Shown: positions 1 through 7,730, numbered from the stretch's first letter. The stretch: DNA of 44,097 nt from Candidatus Moraniibacteriota bacterium (GCA_038331135.1 JBBQOS010000002.1:1-44097), one strand, 5' to 3'. Numbers and translations are program-made. Notes: generated from the letters alone by a model not told the origin.

Positions 1-870
1 AAACTTAGCATTGAATTTAGGAATAAATACTTTTAACAGAAATTCATTGGCTTTAGGTATAGTGGATATTTTGTTTAAACGTAATTCCTTAATTAATCTA
101 TCTTGTAATGTTTTAAAGAGTCTTTCTACTCGGCCTTTAGCTTGACTACTGTTAGCGTTGATAACTCCGATATTCAATTGTTGCATAGCTCTTTGAAATT
201 GAGTTAGAGTATCAGGATTTTCTTTAGCAAGTTTATGATTCATAGAATAGGTTGAGAACTTATCTACGTAGATTTCATAAGGTTTTTCATTGATTTTGAA
301 ATATTCTTGCCAGAAATTGAAGGTTGGTTCTACTCCTTCATGGATATCAAATTTAGCGTGAGTGATTTTACCGGTAGCATCATCTATTGAAGCGATTAGA
401 CAACATTTTGGAGCTCTGTCTTCAAACCAGTATTCATATGAGCCGTCGTATTGCTCTAGCTCTCCATAGCTTGCCCTGCGTTGTCTCCAAGAGCGATACT
501 CTTGTTTCTTTTTCTTTTTAGGTTTCCATAATTCTTCTTCTATCATTATCGCTCTAATTGTTTTTGGGTCTCTGATGATGTTGTGGATTTCTTCTAATTT
601 TTCAGTTGCAAAGGTTGGTCCAAAATCTGCATAATATCTGTGGATCAGTTTCTTGATTTTCTCTTTTTCCTTATTGGAGATTTTTCTTGGACTAGCTTTT
701 CCTCGGTTAGCATGGATCAGTCCTTTAATTCCATCCTTAGAGACTTTCTTTTTTAATCTTCGAATATGTCTAGTTGTAAGTCCAAGTATCTCACTAGCTT
801 CTGTGTCTTTAATTTCTTTTTTAATTGTTTTTTGGATGATGTCATAACGACTTACTTCTTTTTGACTCAT
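1..870 (-). CDS. DDE transposase, ISNCY-family-like, partial (C-terminus runs off the left window edge)
   Basis: Minus-strand frame with ATG at 870..868; checked triplet by triplet, no stop through position 1. Absent from the ORF track because it is open-ended. Translation MSQKEVSRYDIIQKTIKKEIKDTEASEILGLTTRHIRRLKKKVSKDGIKGLIHANRGK... is an HTH N-terminus, followed by an rve/DDE-like core (..IASIDDATGKI..YVDKFSTY..SSQAKGRVERLFKTLQDRL). I recognise this pattern from ISNCY-type transposases. Confidence 0.6.
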   Translation of the reverse strand, partial: MSQKEVSRYDIIQKTIKKEIKDTEASEILGLTTRHIRRLKKKVSKDGIKGLIHANRGKASPRKISNKEKEKIKKLIHRYYADFGPTFATEKLEEIHNIIRDPKTIRAIMIEEELWKPKKKKKQEYRSWRQRRASYGELEQYDGSYEYWFEDRAPKCCLIASIDDATGKITHAKFDIHEGVEPTFNFWQEYFKINEKPYEIYVDKFSTYSMNHKLAKENPDTLTQFQRAMQQLNIGVINANSSQAKGRVERLFKTLQDRLIKELRLNKISTIPKANEFLLKVFIPKFNAKF

Positions 871-985
871 GATAATGTATTTGTCCATTAGATTAATATT
901 AAGGATTAACCTAATATCTTATCTTATTAAAGCGGACATTTCTATTTCCCGCTAATAGGACATTATCATTTCCGTGTAACACAAA
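1..985 (-). mobile_element. Partial insertion sequence (transposase plus its 5'-proximal end); exact terminus uncertain
   Basis: Transposase ORF. Subterminal imperfect direct repeats ggacatttctatttccc (934-950) and ggacattatcatttccg (958-974) sit just beyond the start codon, as expected for transposase-binding sites near an IS end. The other end is outside the window. Confidence 0.4.
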
Positions 986-1112
986 ATATTTTGACCGTTT
1001 TTCATTCTTTCAATATCCGTCACAATCTCATCAATCGCGGTGCGGAGTTCCTATGCGTTGACCGCAAATGCAGTGGAGGATTCTTACGATTTCAAAAAAA
1101 GTGAAAATTGGA

Positions 1113-1136
1113 GGAGAGAGAGGGGGGGAGGGATTC
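1113..1136 (-). repeat. Degenerate duplicate of the tRNA-Ser 3' end
   Basis: Plus strand ggagagagaggg[gggga]gggattc matches plus-strand ggagagagagggattc at 1265-1280 (the tRNA-Ser 3' end). On the tRNA strand the copy ends TCTCTCC-T-CCA. Confidence 0.4.
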
Positions 1137-1263
1137 TGTCACAAGTAAATTTTTTGCTAAAAATTTCTTTCGACCCCATCTCGCGGCGCCCAGGCGCATC
1201 GCTCCGATCTTCTCATCCCTACGAAAGCCAAACTCTTGGCTTTCTCTCTTCCTTGCTTCGCTG

Positions 1264-1350
1264 CGGAGAGAGAGGGATTCGAACCCCCGGTACCCGTAAA
1301 GGCACAACAGTTTTCAAGACTGTCGCTTTCGACCGCTCAGCCATCTCTCC
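1264..1350 (-). tRNA. tRNA-Ser(UGA)
   Basis: 87-nt cloverleaf read on the minus strand: GGAGAGA acceptor, anticodon stem ACAGT/ACTGT with loop CTTGAAA (anticodon TGA), long variable arm, T-loop GGTTCGAATCC, discriminator G. No encoded CCA. Confidence 0.9.
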
Positions 1351-1420
1351 ATATTTATCCAAAATTAATCACCATAAAAATAATATCAATAAAATTAGAT
1401 TAAGGCAAGTTGTATATTTT

Positions 1421-1469
1421 ATGTTGCATGTCACATGCCACATGACTCATGTTATGTGTTTCATGTTTT
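1421..1469 (+). repeat. Seven tandem heptamers, each beginning ATG/GTG
   Basis: ATGTTGC ATGTCAC ATGCCAC ATGACTC ATGTTAT GTGTTTC ATGTTTT, strict 7-bp period, immediately upstream of the -10 of the 1518 gene. Confidence 0.85.
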
Positions 1470-1478
1470 ATATACTTG

Positions 1479-1487
1479 TGTTATAAT
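1479..1487 (+). promoter_or_regulatory. Extended -10 promoter element (TGtTATAAT) for the 1518 gene
   Basis: TGT at 1479-1481 plus TATAAT at 1482-1487, 30 nt before the ATG at 1518. No good -35. Confidence 0.4.
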
Positions 1488-1517
1488 TTAATCATAAAAA
1501 ATATTACTTAAAATAAA

Positions 1518-2081
1518 ATGGATTTACATACAAAAAATAAACCCAAAAGAGATATGCACATCAATCACGAGGGAGAATATCTTGAAAATCCACATGACTT
1601 CATGCTGGAAAAACATGGTCATGGCACTTTGATACATTGGCAAGGTCCCGAATATGAACACTACCCAAAAGAAAAAGTTTGGTATTCAGTGGCGGCTTTG
1701 ATTTTATCGGCCATTGTTATCTATGCCCTTGTCACTAATAGCCCCATTATGGCTATGACTTTCATCTTAATTGGAGTAGTCGGCTATATTCAATTGGAAA
1801 AATTTCCTCGAGTTTTGGATTTTAAAGTTACTCACGATGGTGTAATGGCTGGAAGAGAGCTCTATGAATTTGATAATATAAAATCGTTTTGGATTTTTTA
1901 TGAACCACCTCATACTAAAATCCTAAGTCTTCACACTGACGCAATGATGACTCCTTTCATCCACATCCCTGTTCATCAAATAGATCCCGTCGAATTAAGA
2001 GAAATCCTAATGGATTTCATTCCTGAAGAAAAACAAAAACCCACCCTTGTAGATACTATCGAAAGACTTCTACATATATAA
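1518..2081 (+). CDS. Hypothetical membrane protein (His-rich N-terminus, two predicted TM helices, soluble C-terminal domain)
   Basis: 187-aa ORF with its own -10 and a strong terminator. Hydrophobic stretch VWYSVAALILSAIVIYALVTNSPIMAMTFILIGVVGYI. No family recognised. Confidence 0.55.
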   Translation: MDLHTKNKPKRDMHINHEGEYLENPHDFMLEKHGHGTLIHWQGPEYEHYPKEKVWYSVAALILSAIVIYALVTNSPIMAMTFILIGVVGYIQLEKFPRVLDFKVTHDGVMAGRELYEFDNIKSFWIFYEPPHTKILSLHTDAMMTPFIHIPVHQIDPVELREILMDFIPEEKQKPTLVDTIERLLHI

Positions 2082-2088
2082 AAAATAA

Positions 2089-2124
2089 GGCTCTAAGAGC
2101 CCCCTTGGGCTCTTAGAGCCTTTT
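2089..2124 (+). terminator. Rho-independent terminator
   Basis: Perfect 14-bp stem ggctctaagagccc / gggctcttagagcc, loop cctt, then tttt; 8 nt after the stop codon. Confidence 0.85.
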
Positions 2125-2173
2125 CATTTGCATATTAATATGCTAGGATATCCTAGTATTCAAACACAATGTT

Positions 2174-2245
2174 GCTCTCGTAGTTCAACGGATAGAACGC
2201 GAGTTTGCGGAACTCGTAATTGAAGTTCGATTCTTCACGAGAGCA
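2174..2245 (+). tRNA. tRNA-Arg(GCG)
   Basis: 72-nt cloverleaf: GCTCTCG acceptor, D-arm GTTC/GAAC with A20, anticodon stem CGAGT/ACTCG, loop TTGCGGA (anticodon GCG), T-arm TGAAG-TTCGATT-CTTCA, discriminator A. Confidence 0.9.
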
Positions 2246-2275
2246 CAAAGAGAAAATAAAATAAAAATTTTGTAG

Positions 2276-2304
2276 AGACGTAGCACAGCTGCGTCTTTAT
2301 TTTT
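2276..2304 (+). terminator. Rho-independent terminator after tRNA-Arg
   Basis: 8-bp stem agacgtag / ctgcgtct, loop cacag, then tttattttt. Preceded by the GTAGAG flank shared with the two minus-strand terminators nearby. Confidence 0.7.
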
Positions 2305-2397
2305 ACAAATGTTTTTGTATTAAAAAGAATAGAAAAAGTTTAAAATTTTCAGTCATTTATAAACATACGCGCAAATTGACTGAACTTCTGATTAACG

Positions 2398-2427
2398 CAA
2401 AAAGACGCGACACCGCCTCGTCTCTAC
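2398..2427 (-). terminator. Second of two tandem terminators after murF
   Basis: Minus strand gtagagacg-aggcggtgtcg-cgtcttttt: GC stem plus T-run. Confidence 0.45.
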
Positions 2428-2436
2428 ATTTAAATG

Positions 2437-2466
2437 TAAAAAGGCGTAATAATGCTACGTCTCTAC
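2437..2466 (-). terminator. First terminator after murF
   Basis: Minus strand gtagaGACGTAgcattatTACGCCttttt, 20 nt after the murF stop. Confidence 0.5.
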
Positions 2467-2485
2467 GCTATGCCCATATAAAATT

Positions 2486-3787
2486 CTAACTCTGCACAAA
2501 TTCTGTTTTCCTCCATTTTTTAGATTGGCGACATAAAACTTTTTCTATCTCTTCCGATTCTGAAATTATTTTTTCTATCACTTTTTCCATCCTCATCCCT
2601 TGAGAACCTTTTACTAAAATCAAATCACCTTCTTTCATAGTATTTTTTATTATCCTCCCTGCCTCATCGGGATTAGAAAAAAACAAAACACTTTTAATGC
2701 AATTATTTTTTCCGAGTAATTCTTGAGCGGACTTGTGCATTCTCGTACCAACCAAAATTAATTTATCAAATTTTCCCTCCAAAACGGCTCTTATTACTTC
2801 CATATGTCCACTTTCTGAATCCTCTCCCAATTCAAACATATCTCCCAAAATAAGGATTTTTCTCTTGGCATTTATTTGACTCATAGTATCAATAGCAGCT
2901 AGCGTTGAAATTGGTGAAGCATTATAAGTATCATCAATTATAAGACTCTTATTGATACCAGAAATTAAATTCATTCTTCCATTGGGAGATTGATAATTTT
3001 CCAGCGCAGCTAGCGCCTCAATTATATTAACTTTAAAATATTCACCCACGCCTACCGCAGACAAAGCCGCATACAAATGATGTTTGGCAATTACATGAGG
3101 CAATCTCAAAGGAATTATTTTATGGTCATAATTAAGCTTGAAACTTAATCCTTTAGAGTTACCATTTTCATCGTAATTAAAACGAATATCAGTCACTCGC
3201 ATGTCGGCACCTTCGTTAAATCCATAAGAGATAACTTTGGTCTTTATAGTAGCTCTTTCTTCTTTAATAAAAGCATCATCTGTATTTAAAATAGCCACTC
3301 CATTTGCAGAAATTGATTTTACGAGGATGCTTTTTTCTTTGACAATCGCTTTTATGTTTTTAAAAAATTCCAAATGGCTTGAGGAAATATTTGTAAGAAT
3401 TCCCAAGTCTACTGGAATAAAACTCATTAAATATTTCATATCCCCCGGTCTATCTATCGCCATTTCTAAAATTAAAATTTTTGGATAACCAAAAGGAGCA
3501 ACTAACCAAAAAATCCATTTAAAAAAAACCAAAATCCATTTAAAAAAATTCCGTCCTCCAGTTTTGGCTCCAATAATAGTAAGCGGAATACCTATCTCAT
3601 TATTATAATTTTCCTCATTCTTCCTGACTTTAAAATCATTTTTTAAAACCAAAAAAATAGCTTCTTTGGCAGAACTTTTTCCAACTGAGCCTGTTATCCC
3701 CACTATTTTTGGCCTATGCCTCTTTAAAATAGCCACCGCCATAAAGCGTAGGATTTTTTCCAGATAAATTATTTTTTTCTGTTTCAT
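2486..3787 (-). CDS. murF: UDP-N-acetylmuramoyl-tripeptide--D-alanyl-D-alanine ligase (MurF)
   Basis: 433 aa. Mur-ligase P-loop GITGSVGKSSAKE, TNISSSHLEFF, and MurF-type IDDTYNASP. Directly follows ftsI in the mraZ cluster. Confidence 0.8.
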   Translation of the reverse strand: MKQKKIIYLEKILRFMAVAILKRHRPKIVGITGSVGKSSAKEAIFLVLKNDFKVRKNEENYNNEIGIPLTIIGAKTGGRNFFKWILVFFKWIFWLVAPFGYPKILILEMAIDRPGDMKYLMSFIPVDLGILTNISSSHLEFFKNIKAIVKEKSILVKSISANGVAILNTDDAFIKEERATIKTKVISYGFNEGADMRVTDIRFNYDENGNSKGLSFKLNYDHKIIPLRLPHVIAKHHLYAALSAVGVGEYFKVNIIEALAALENYQSPNGRMNLISGINKSLIIDDTYNASPISTLAAIDTMSQINAKRKILILGDMFELGEDSESGHMEVIRAVLEGKFDKLILVGTRMHKSAQELLGKNNCIKSVLFFSNPDEAGRIIKNTMKEGDLILVKGSQGMRMEKVIEKIISESEEIEKVLCRQSKKWRKTEFVQS

Positions 3788-3793
3788 AAAAAT

Positions 3794-5575
3794 TTAAGGT
3801 ATTAAAGGTTGAACTTCTTTTACTATCGGCTCGGTCGGTTCCACATTATAATAATTCAAGAGAAATTTCATTACCTCTCCAAAGGTAGGAGCAGCGCTAG
3901 ACTCCGCCCATTGTATTTCCTTGGGATTATCTACTTTAACTATAACCGTAAATCTAGGATTATCCAACGGGGCAATCCCAGCAAAAGATCCAATGCTAAT
4001 CCCATCTTCATATCCACGACTTCCCGTTTTAGCCACCTGTGCAGTTCCAGTTTTTCCCCCTACTTTATAACCACTTACGGCAGCTCGCTTTCCATGACCG
4101 TTTACTACTACACTGCCCAATATATCTATCATTTGATCAGCAACTTCTTTTTTTATAACCCTTCTGATTATTTTGGATTCCACTATTTCTTCTTTCCCAT
4201 TGGAATAAATTTTTTTCTCCACAATTTGAGGTTTCATCAAATTTCCCCCGTTGGCAATAGCTGAATAAGCATTTAAAATCTGCAAAGGCGTAGTAGTTAT
4301 CCCTTGACCAAAAGAAGCGGTAAAAAACTGAATATCACTTTTTAAATTATTTAAATTGCGAATATCACCCGCCGATTCATTGGGCAATTCAATCCCCGTT
4401 TTTTCACCGAAACCAAAATCTGAAATGTACTCCGAAAATCTTTTATTGCCAATTAATTTTTCAATAAAAATAACTCCCGTATTTAGAGATTTCTCCAACA
4501 CTTCAATCATGGTTTGTTCTCCATTGGATTTATTGTCTGAGTTTCTGATACTATAGCCTGCCTCAACTACCACCCCTGTATCAATATATTTAGTATTGGG
4601 CGATATTACTCCAGCGTCAATACCGCTTGCCATAGTAATAGTTTTAAATACTGATCCGGATTCATAAGCATTTGCTATGGCTGGATTTATAAAAACGCTC
4701 ATATCTTCAACTCTTCCAAATTCGTTGGGATTAAAATTTGGATAATTGGCCATAGCTAAAATTTTTCCTGTGCTTGGCTCCTGAACCAAAATACTTCCTC
4801 CATCGGCTTTGTATTTTTCAATAGCAGTTTTTAATATTTTTTCTACTTCATATTGAACCGCCTGATCAATTGTCAAAACTAAATCGACTCCATCTTGAGC
4901 TGGAATTTTTTTTCTATCAGTAGTTGATATCCATCTTCCAGCACTATCCCTTTCTTGAAAGATACTTCCATTTGTTCCTTGCAACTGCTCTTCCCAAAAA
5001 GATTCGAGTCCATAGCGACCAATCTCTTTTTCTCCGTTGGAACCGACAAAGCCCACTATTTGAGAAGCTAATTCTTTTCCGGGATAATATCGATAATTTT
5101 CTGATAACAGCTTTACACCTTTAAGTTTCAAGTTTTTTATTTTATCCGCCTCCTCTTGGGAAATTTTCTTTTTTACTATTTCAAACATATCTTCCGGATT
5201 AGATAACTTTTTTTCAATTTCCCCTCTCTCTATCCCCAATATATAGCTCAATTCACTAATTACTTTATCCTTATCTGTCACCATTTTGGGCTCCATAAAA
5301 ATCATCGGATATTCTTTATTTACAGCCAAGGGATATTTTTCATCTCTATTTTTCAGATAAATTTCTCCTCTTCGAGCCGAAAGTTCGCTAAAAGCTTCGT
5401 GCTGGTCTTCTGCCATAGCCCTAAACCGTGAGTAATCAAGCACTTGCAATATATAAAGTCTAGCGATAATAATTATCCCCATCAAAAAAACAGCAACAGC
5501 CAAAAAATAAATTCTCTGGCTGCTTACCAACTTATCATCTTCATTTTTCTTTATAGTTAAAATAGTTTTGGGCAT
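3794..5575 (-). CDS. ftsI: Peptidoglycan D,D-transpeptidase FtsI (class B PBP)
   Basis: 593 aa. N-terminal TM; transpeptidase motifs SVFK (SxxK), SDN (SxN), KTGTAQ (KTG). Position after ftsL in the dcw cluster. Confidence 0.85.
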   Translation of the reverse strand: MPKTILTIKKNEDDKLVSSQRIYFLAVAVFLMGIIIIARLYILQVLDYSRFRAMAEDQHEAFSELSARRGEIYLKNRDEKYPLAVNKEYPMIFMEPKMVTDKDKVISELSYILGIERGEIEKKLSNPEDMFEIVKKKISQEEADKIKNLKLKGVKLLSENYRYYPGKELASQIVGFVGSNGEKEIGRYGLESFWEEQLQGTNGSIFQERDSAGRWISTTDRKKIPAQDGVDLVLTIDQAVQYEVEKILKTAIEKYKADGGSILVQEPSTGKILAMANYPNFNPNEFGRVEDMSVFINPAIANAYESGSVFKTITMASGIDAGVISPNTKYIDTGVVVEAGYSIRNSDNKSNGEQTMIEVLEKSLNTGVIFIEKLIGNKRFSEYISDFGFGEKTGIELPNESAGDIRNLNNLKSDIQFFTASFGQGITTTPLQILNAYSAIANGGNLMKPQIVEKKIYSNGKEEIVESKIIRRVIKKEVADQMIDILGSVVVNGHGKRAAVSGYKVGGKTGTAQVAKTGSRGYEDGISIGSFAGIAPLDNPRFTVIVKVDNPKEIQWAESSAAPTFGEVMKFLLNYYNVEPTEPIVKEVQPLIP

Positions 5576-5711
5576 AATATCATATTCTTAGAAAAATATA
5601 ACTTAGCTTTAATTTTATTTTTCCAAATCTCCATCCTTCGGACATATCTCTTATTCAACAACAAGCATACTCTGTTCGAATTTATAGCGGATTCAAACTA
5701 TTTGCTAACGA

Positions 5712-6029
5712 CTATTTTTTTATCGCTACTACCCCTTCATTATCATCGATATACACCACTTCATCAACCTCTACCATATTTAAATTTCCAATATTATCTT
5801 TTATGTTGTAAAAAGAATTCAATTCCGCTTCCTGAATTTGCAGTTGTTTATTTTCCTTTTTGAGCTCCTCTATTTTTTGTTCAACTTTTTTGATTTCATA
5901 TCCTTTTACTGCGCTAGTATTAATAATTCCCAAATAAATCGCCGGCACCAAAAAACACAAGAATACCACTAACATTTTTATTTTAGCAAAACTAAAATTA
6001 TTTTTACTTTTAATTTCTTCGTTATTCAT
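5712..6029 (-). CDS. ftsL: FtsL-like cell division protein
   Basis: 105 aa. Single N-terminal TM followed by a coiled-coil (KKVEQKIEELKKENKQLQIQEAEL). Canonical position between rsmH and ftsI. Assignment is positional and architectural. Confidence 0.5.
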   Translation of the reverse strand: MNNEEIKSKNNFSFAKIKMLVVFLCFLVPAIYLGIINTSAVKGYEIKKVEQKIEELKKENKQLQIQEAELNSFYNIKDNIGNLNMVEVDEVVYIDDNEGVVAIKK

Positions 6030-6121
6030 TTTTTTTAATTTTATTTTTATTTTTTTTAAAATCTTCTTTTTTTGAATTGCTCTTGTTTGACTGGTTTTTT
6101 TATTTTATTAATTTAATTTAT

Positions 6122-7114
6122 CTAAATTTTTTCCACTATTCTTAGTTTGGCGCTACGCGCTCTGGGGTTTTCTATCAATTCTTTTTCTAAAGCCGTAATT
6201 GGTTTTTTGGTAATAGCTTTTATCCTGGCTCGAGTTGTGCAGCGACAAACAGGAAATTCTACTGGACAAATACAATTTACCTGAGCTTCTTTAAAAATAT
6301 TCTTAACTATTCTGTCTTCTCCTGAATGGAAAGAAATCACTGCGAGTCTTCCGCCTGAATTTAATTTTTCAATTGCCGTCTGTGTAAATTTTTTAATGCT
6401 TTCTAACTCTTGGTTAACCTCCATCCTAATAGCTTGAAATGTCTTGGTTGCATAATGAATTTTTTTGTGTTTGTATTTCTCTGGGATAGCTTGAGCAATA
6501 ATTTGTACCAATTCATCGGTATTTTTTATTTCCCCAAGCTCCCTAGCTTGAACTATTTTTTGAGCAATTCTACCAGCTAATTTTTCTTCGCCCAAATCTC
6601 TAATGATTTTATTTAAATTTTCTCTTGAATATTTATTTACAATATCTCTAGCAGTTAACTCTTGGCTTTTATCCATGCGCATATCGAGTGCAGTTTCAGA
6701 ATTAAAACTAAATCCTCGCTCTTTATCATCCAGTTGATCGGAAGATAACCCAAAATCGGCCATTATCGCATCCACTTTATCTACCGGCAAACAGGCCTTT
6801 CCAATATTTAAACTTTCTAAAATATTATCTAAATTGGAAAAATTATCATTAACCAGAATAATGTTTTGGAATTTAAAAATTGGAATTTCTGATTTATTTG
6901 GAAATTGGAAATTGGAAATTGGAAATTCAGCGAACTTTTTTATCGCTTCGATATCTCGATCAAAAGCAATTAATATTCCTTTATCACCTATTTTTTTTAA
7001 TACTTCGCGAGAATGTCCTCCGCCACCGAGAGTTGCATCTATAACTACCAGTCCCTCCTTTAAATTTAATCCATTGATTGTTTCTTCTAGCAATACTGAT
7101 TTGTGAATTGTCAT
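6122..7114 (-). CDS. rsmH: 16S rRNA (cytosine1402-N4)-methyltransferase RsmH (MraW)
   Basis: 330 aa. HKSVLLEE..IDATLGGGGHS SAM motif, DLGLSS-type DFGLSSDQLD, SFHSGEDRIVK. Follows mraZ. Confidence 0.9.
   Translation of the reverse strand: MTIHKSVLLEETINGLNLKEGLVVIDATLGGGGHSREVLKKIGDKGILIAFDRDIEAIKKFAEFPISNFQFPNKSEIPIFKFQNIILVNDNFSNLDNILESLNIGKACLPVDKVDAIMADFGLSSDQLDDKERGFSFNSETALDMRMDKSQELTARDIVNKYSRENLNKIIRDLGEEKLAGRIAQKIVQARELGEIKNTDELVQIIAQAIPEKYKHKKIHYATKTFQAIRMEVNQELESIKKFTQTAIEKLNSGGRLAVISFHSGEDRIVKNIFKEAQVNCICPVEFPVCRCTTRARIKAITKKPITALEKELIENPRARSAKLRIVEKI
6867..6927 (-). repeat. Heptamer microsatellite inside the rsmH coding sequence
   Basis: GGAAATT x4 in perfect tandem (6900-6927), plus tggaattt at 6867 and 6881 (14-bp spacing). 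Encodes the extra loop FAEFPISNFQFPNKSEIPIFKFQN. Confidence 0.85.
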
Positions 7115-7170
7115 ATTTTTTCAATTCGCATATTTGCATCATTCGCATCTATTCGCGTATTTGTATTATT
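7115..7170 (-). repeat. mraZ-rsmH spacer built of five ATT(C/T)G(C/T)(A/G)T units
   Basis: Plus strand: ATTCGCAT 7124, ATTTGCAT 7132, ATTCGCAT 7141, ATTCGCGT 7151, ATTTGTAT 7159 (spacing 8-10 bp). Coding strand reads ATGCGAAT/ATGCAAAT. Confidence 0.8.
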
Positions 7171-7605
7171 TTAATATACTCCGAGTTTCCCCAACTGCTC
7201 AGCTATCTCATCACTGCTTTTCTCAGCTTTATTTTTATAAGCACTCCATTTGGATTTATCCCAAATCTCCAATCGGTCGAATAATCCTGCCACAGTTACA
7301 TCTTTTTTCAGTCCTGCGTATTCTTTTAGATAATCAGGAATTAGCACTCGTCCTTGTTTGTCCAGATCCACATCAACCGCTCCAGCTAGCATTAAACGAA
7401 TGAAACTCCTAGTTCCCGATTCTCCAACTGGCAGACTGCCTAATTTTTCGGCTAATTTTTCCCAAGTCTTCATCGGATAAACAAATAAACACTTATCCAT
7501 TCCGCGAGTTATCACCACCTTTTTCCCAAGTTCAACGCGGCATTTCGATGGCATCGCAACTCTTTTTTTGAGATCAATTGTATGTTGATATTCTCCGATA
7601 AACAT
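7171..7605 (-). CDS. mraZ: Transcriptional regulator MraZ
   Basis: 144 aa. MFIGEYQHTIDLKKRVAMPSKCR and a second SpoVT/AbrB-like half (DKQGRVLIPDYLKEYAG). First gene of the dcw cluster. Confidence 0.9.
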   Translation of the reverse strand: MFIGEYQHTIDLKKRVAMPSKCRVELGKKVVITRGMDKCLFVYPMKTWEKLAEKLGSLPVGESGTRSFIRLMLAGAVDVDLDKQGRVLIPDYLKEYAGLKKDVTVAGLFDRLEIWDKSKWSAYKNKAEKSSDEIAEQLGKLGVY

Positions 7606-7730
7606 ACTATTTTGTCCGCGGTTGAAGTGAGTGGATACAAAATATTATCCCGCACTATCTTTTGGACAAATTAAAATTCTTAAATCTTAAAGTTTACACT
7701 TCGTAGTGGCTACATATTTCATATAGATTT

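Noticed and set aside
1040-1263. Tested by eye whether the GC-rich island is tmRNA, RNase P RNA, SRP RNA or a second tRNA.
   Set aside because: There is no GGUCCGGAAGGAAGCAGCC-type SRP helix-8 motif, no GAGGAAAGUCC / ACAGAAnCCGGCUUA RNase P cores, and no GGGG...UUCGA tmRNA termini. It is too short for the latter two and no cloverleaf closes. It stays unexplained rather than named.
1040-1486. ORFs 1040-1486 (+), 1092-1307 (-) and 1108-1299 (+).
   Set aside because: They run straight through the tRNA-Ser gene and the GC-rich non-coding island. Their composition is low-complexity and they have no start-site context.
3809-4264. Long antisense ORFs inside real genes: 3809-4264, 9287-9709, 16349-16687, 16829-17173, 26093-26527, 34060-34497, 41565-41966, 42686-43150 and similar.
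   Set aside because: All lie opposite well-supported conserved genes. Their translations are Ser/Phe/Ile-rich and low-complexity, as expected from antisense of AT-rich coding DNA. None has its own expression signals.
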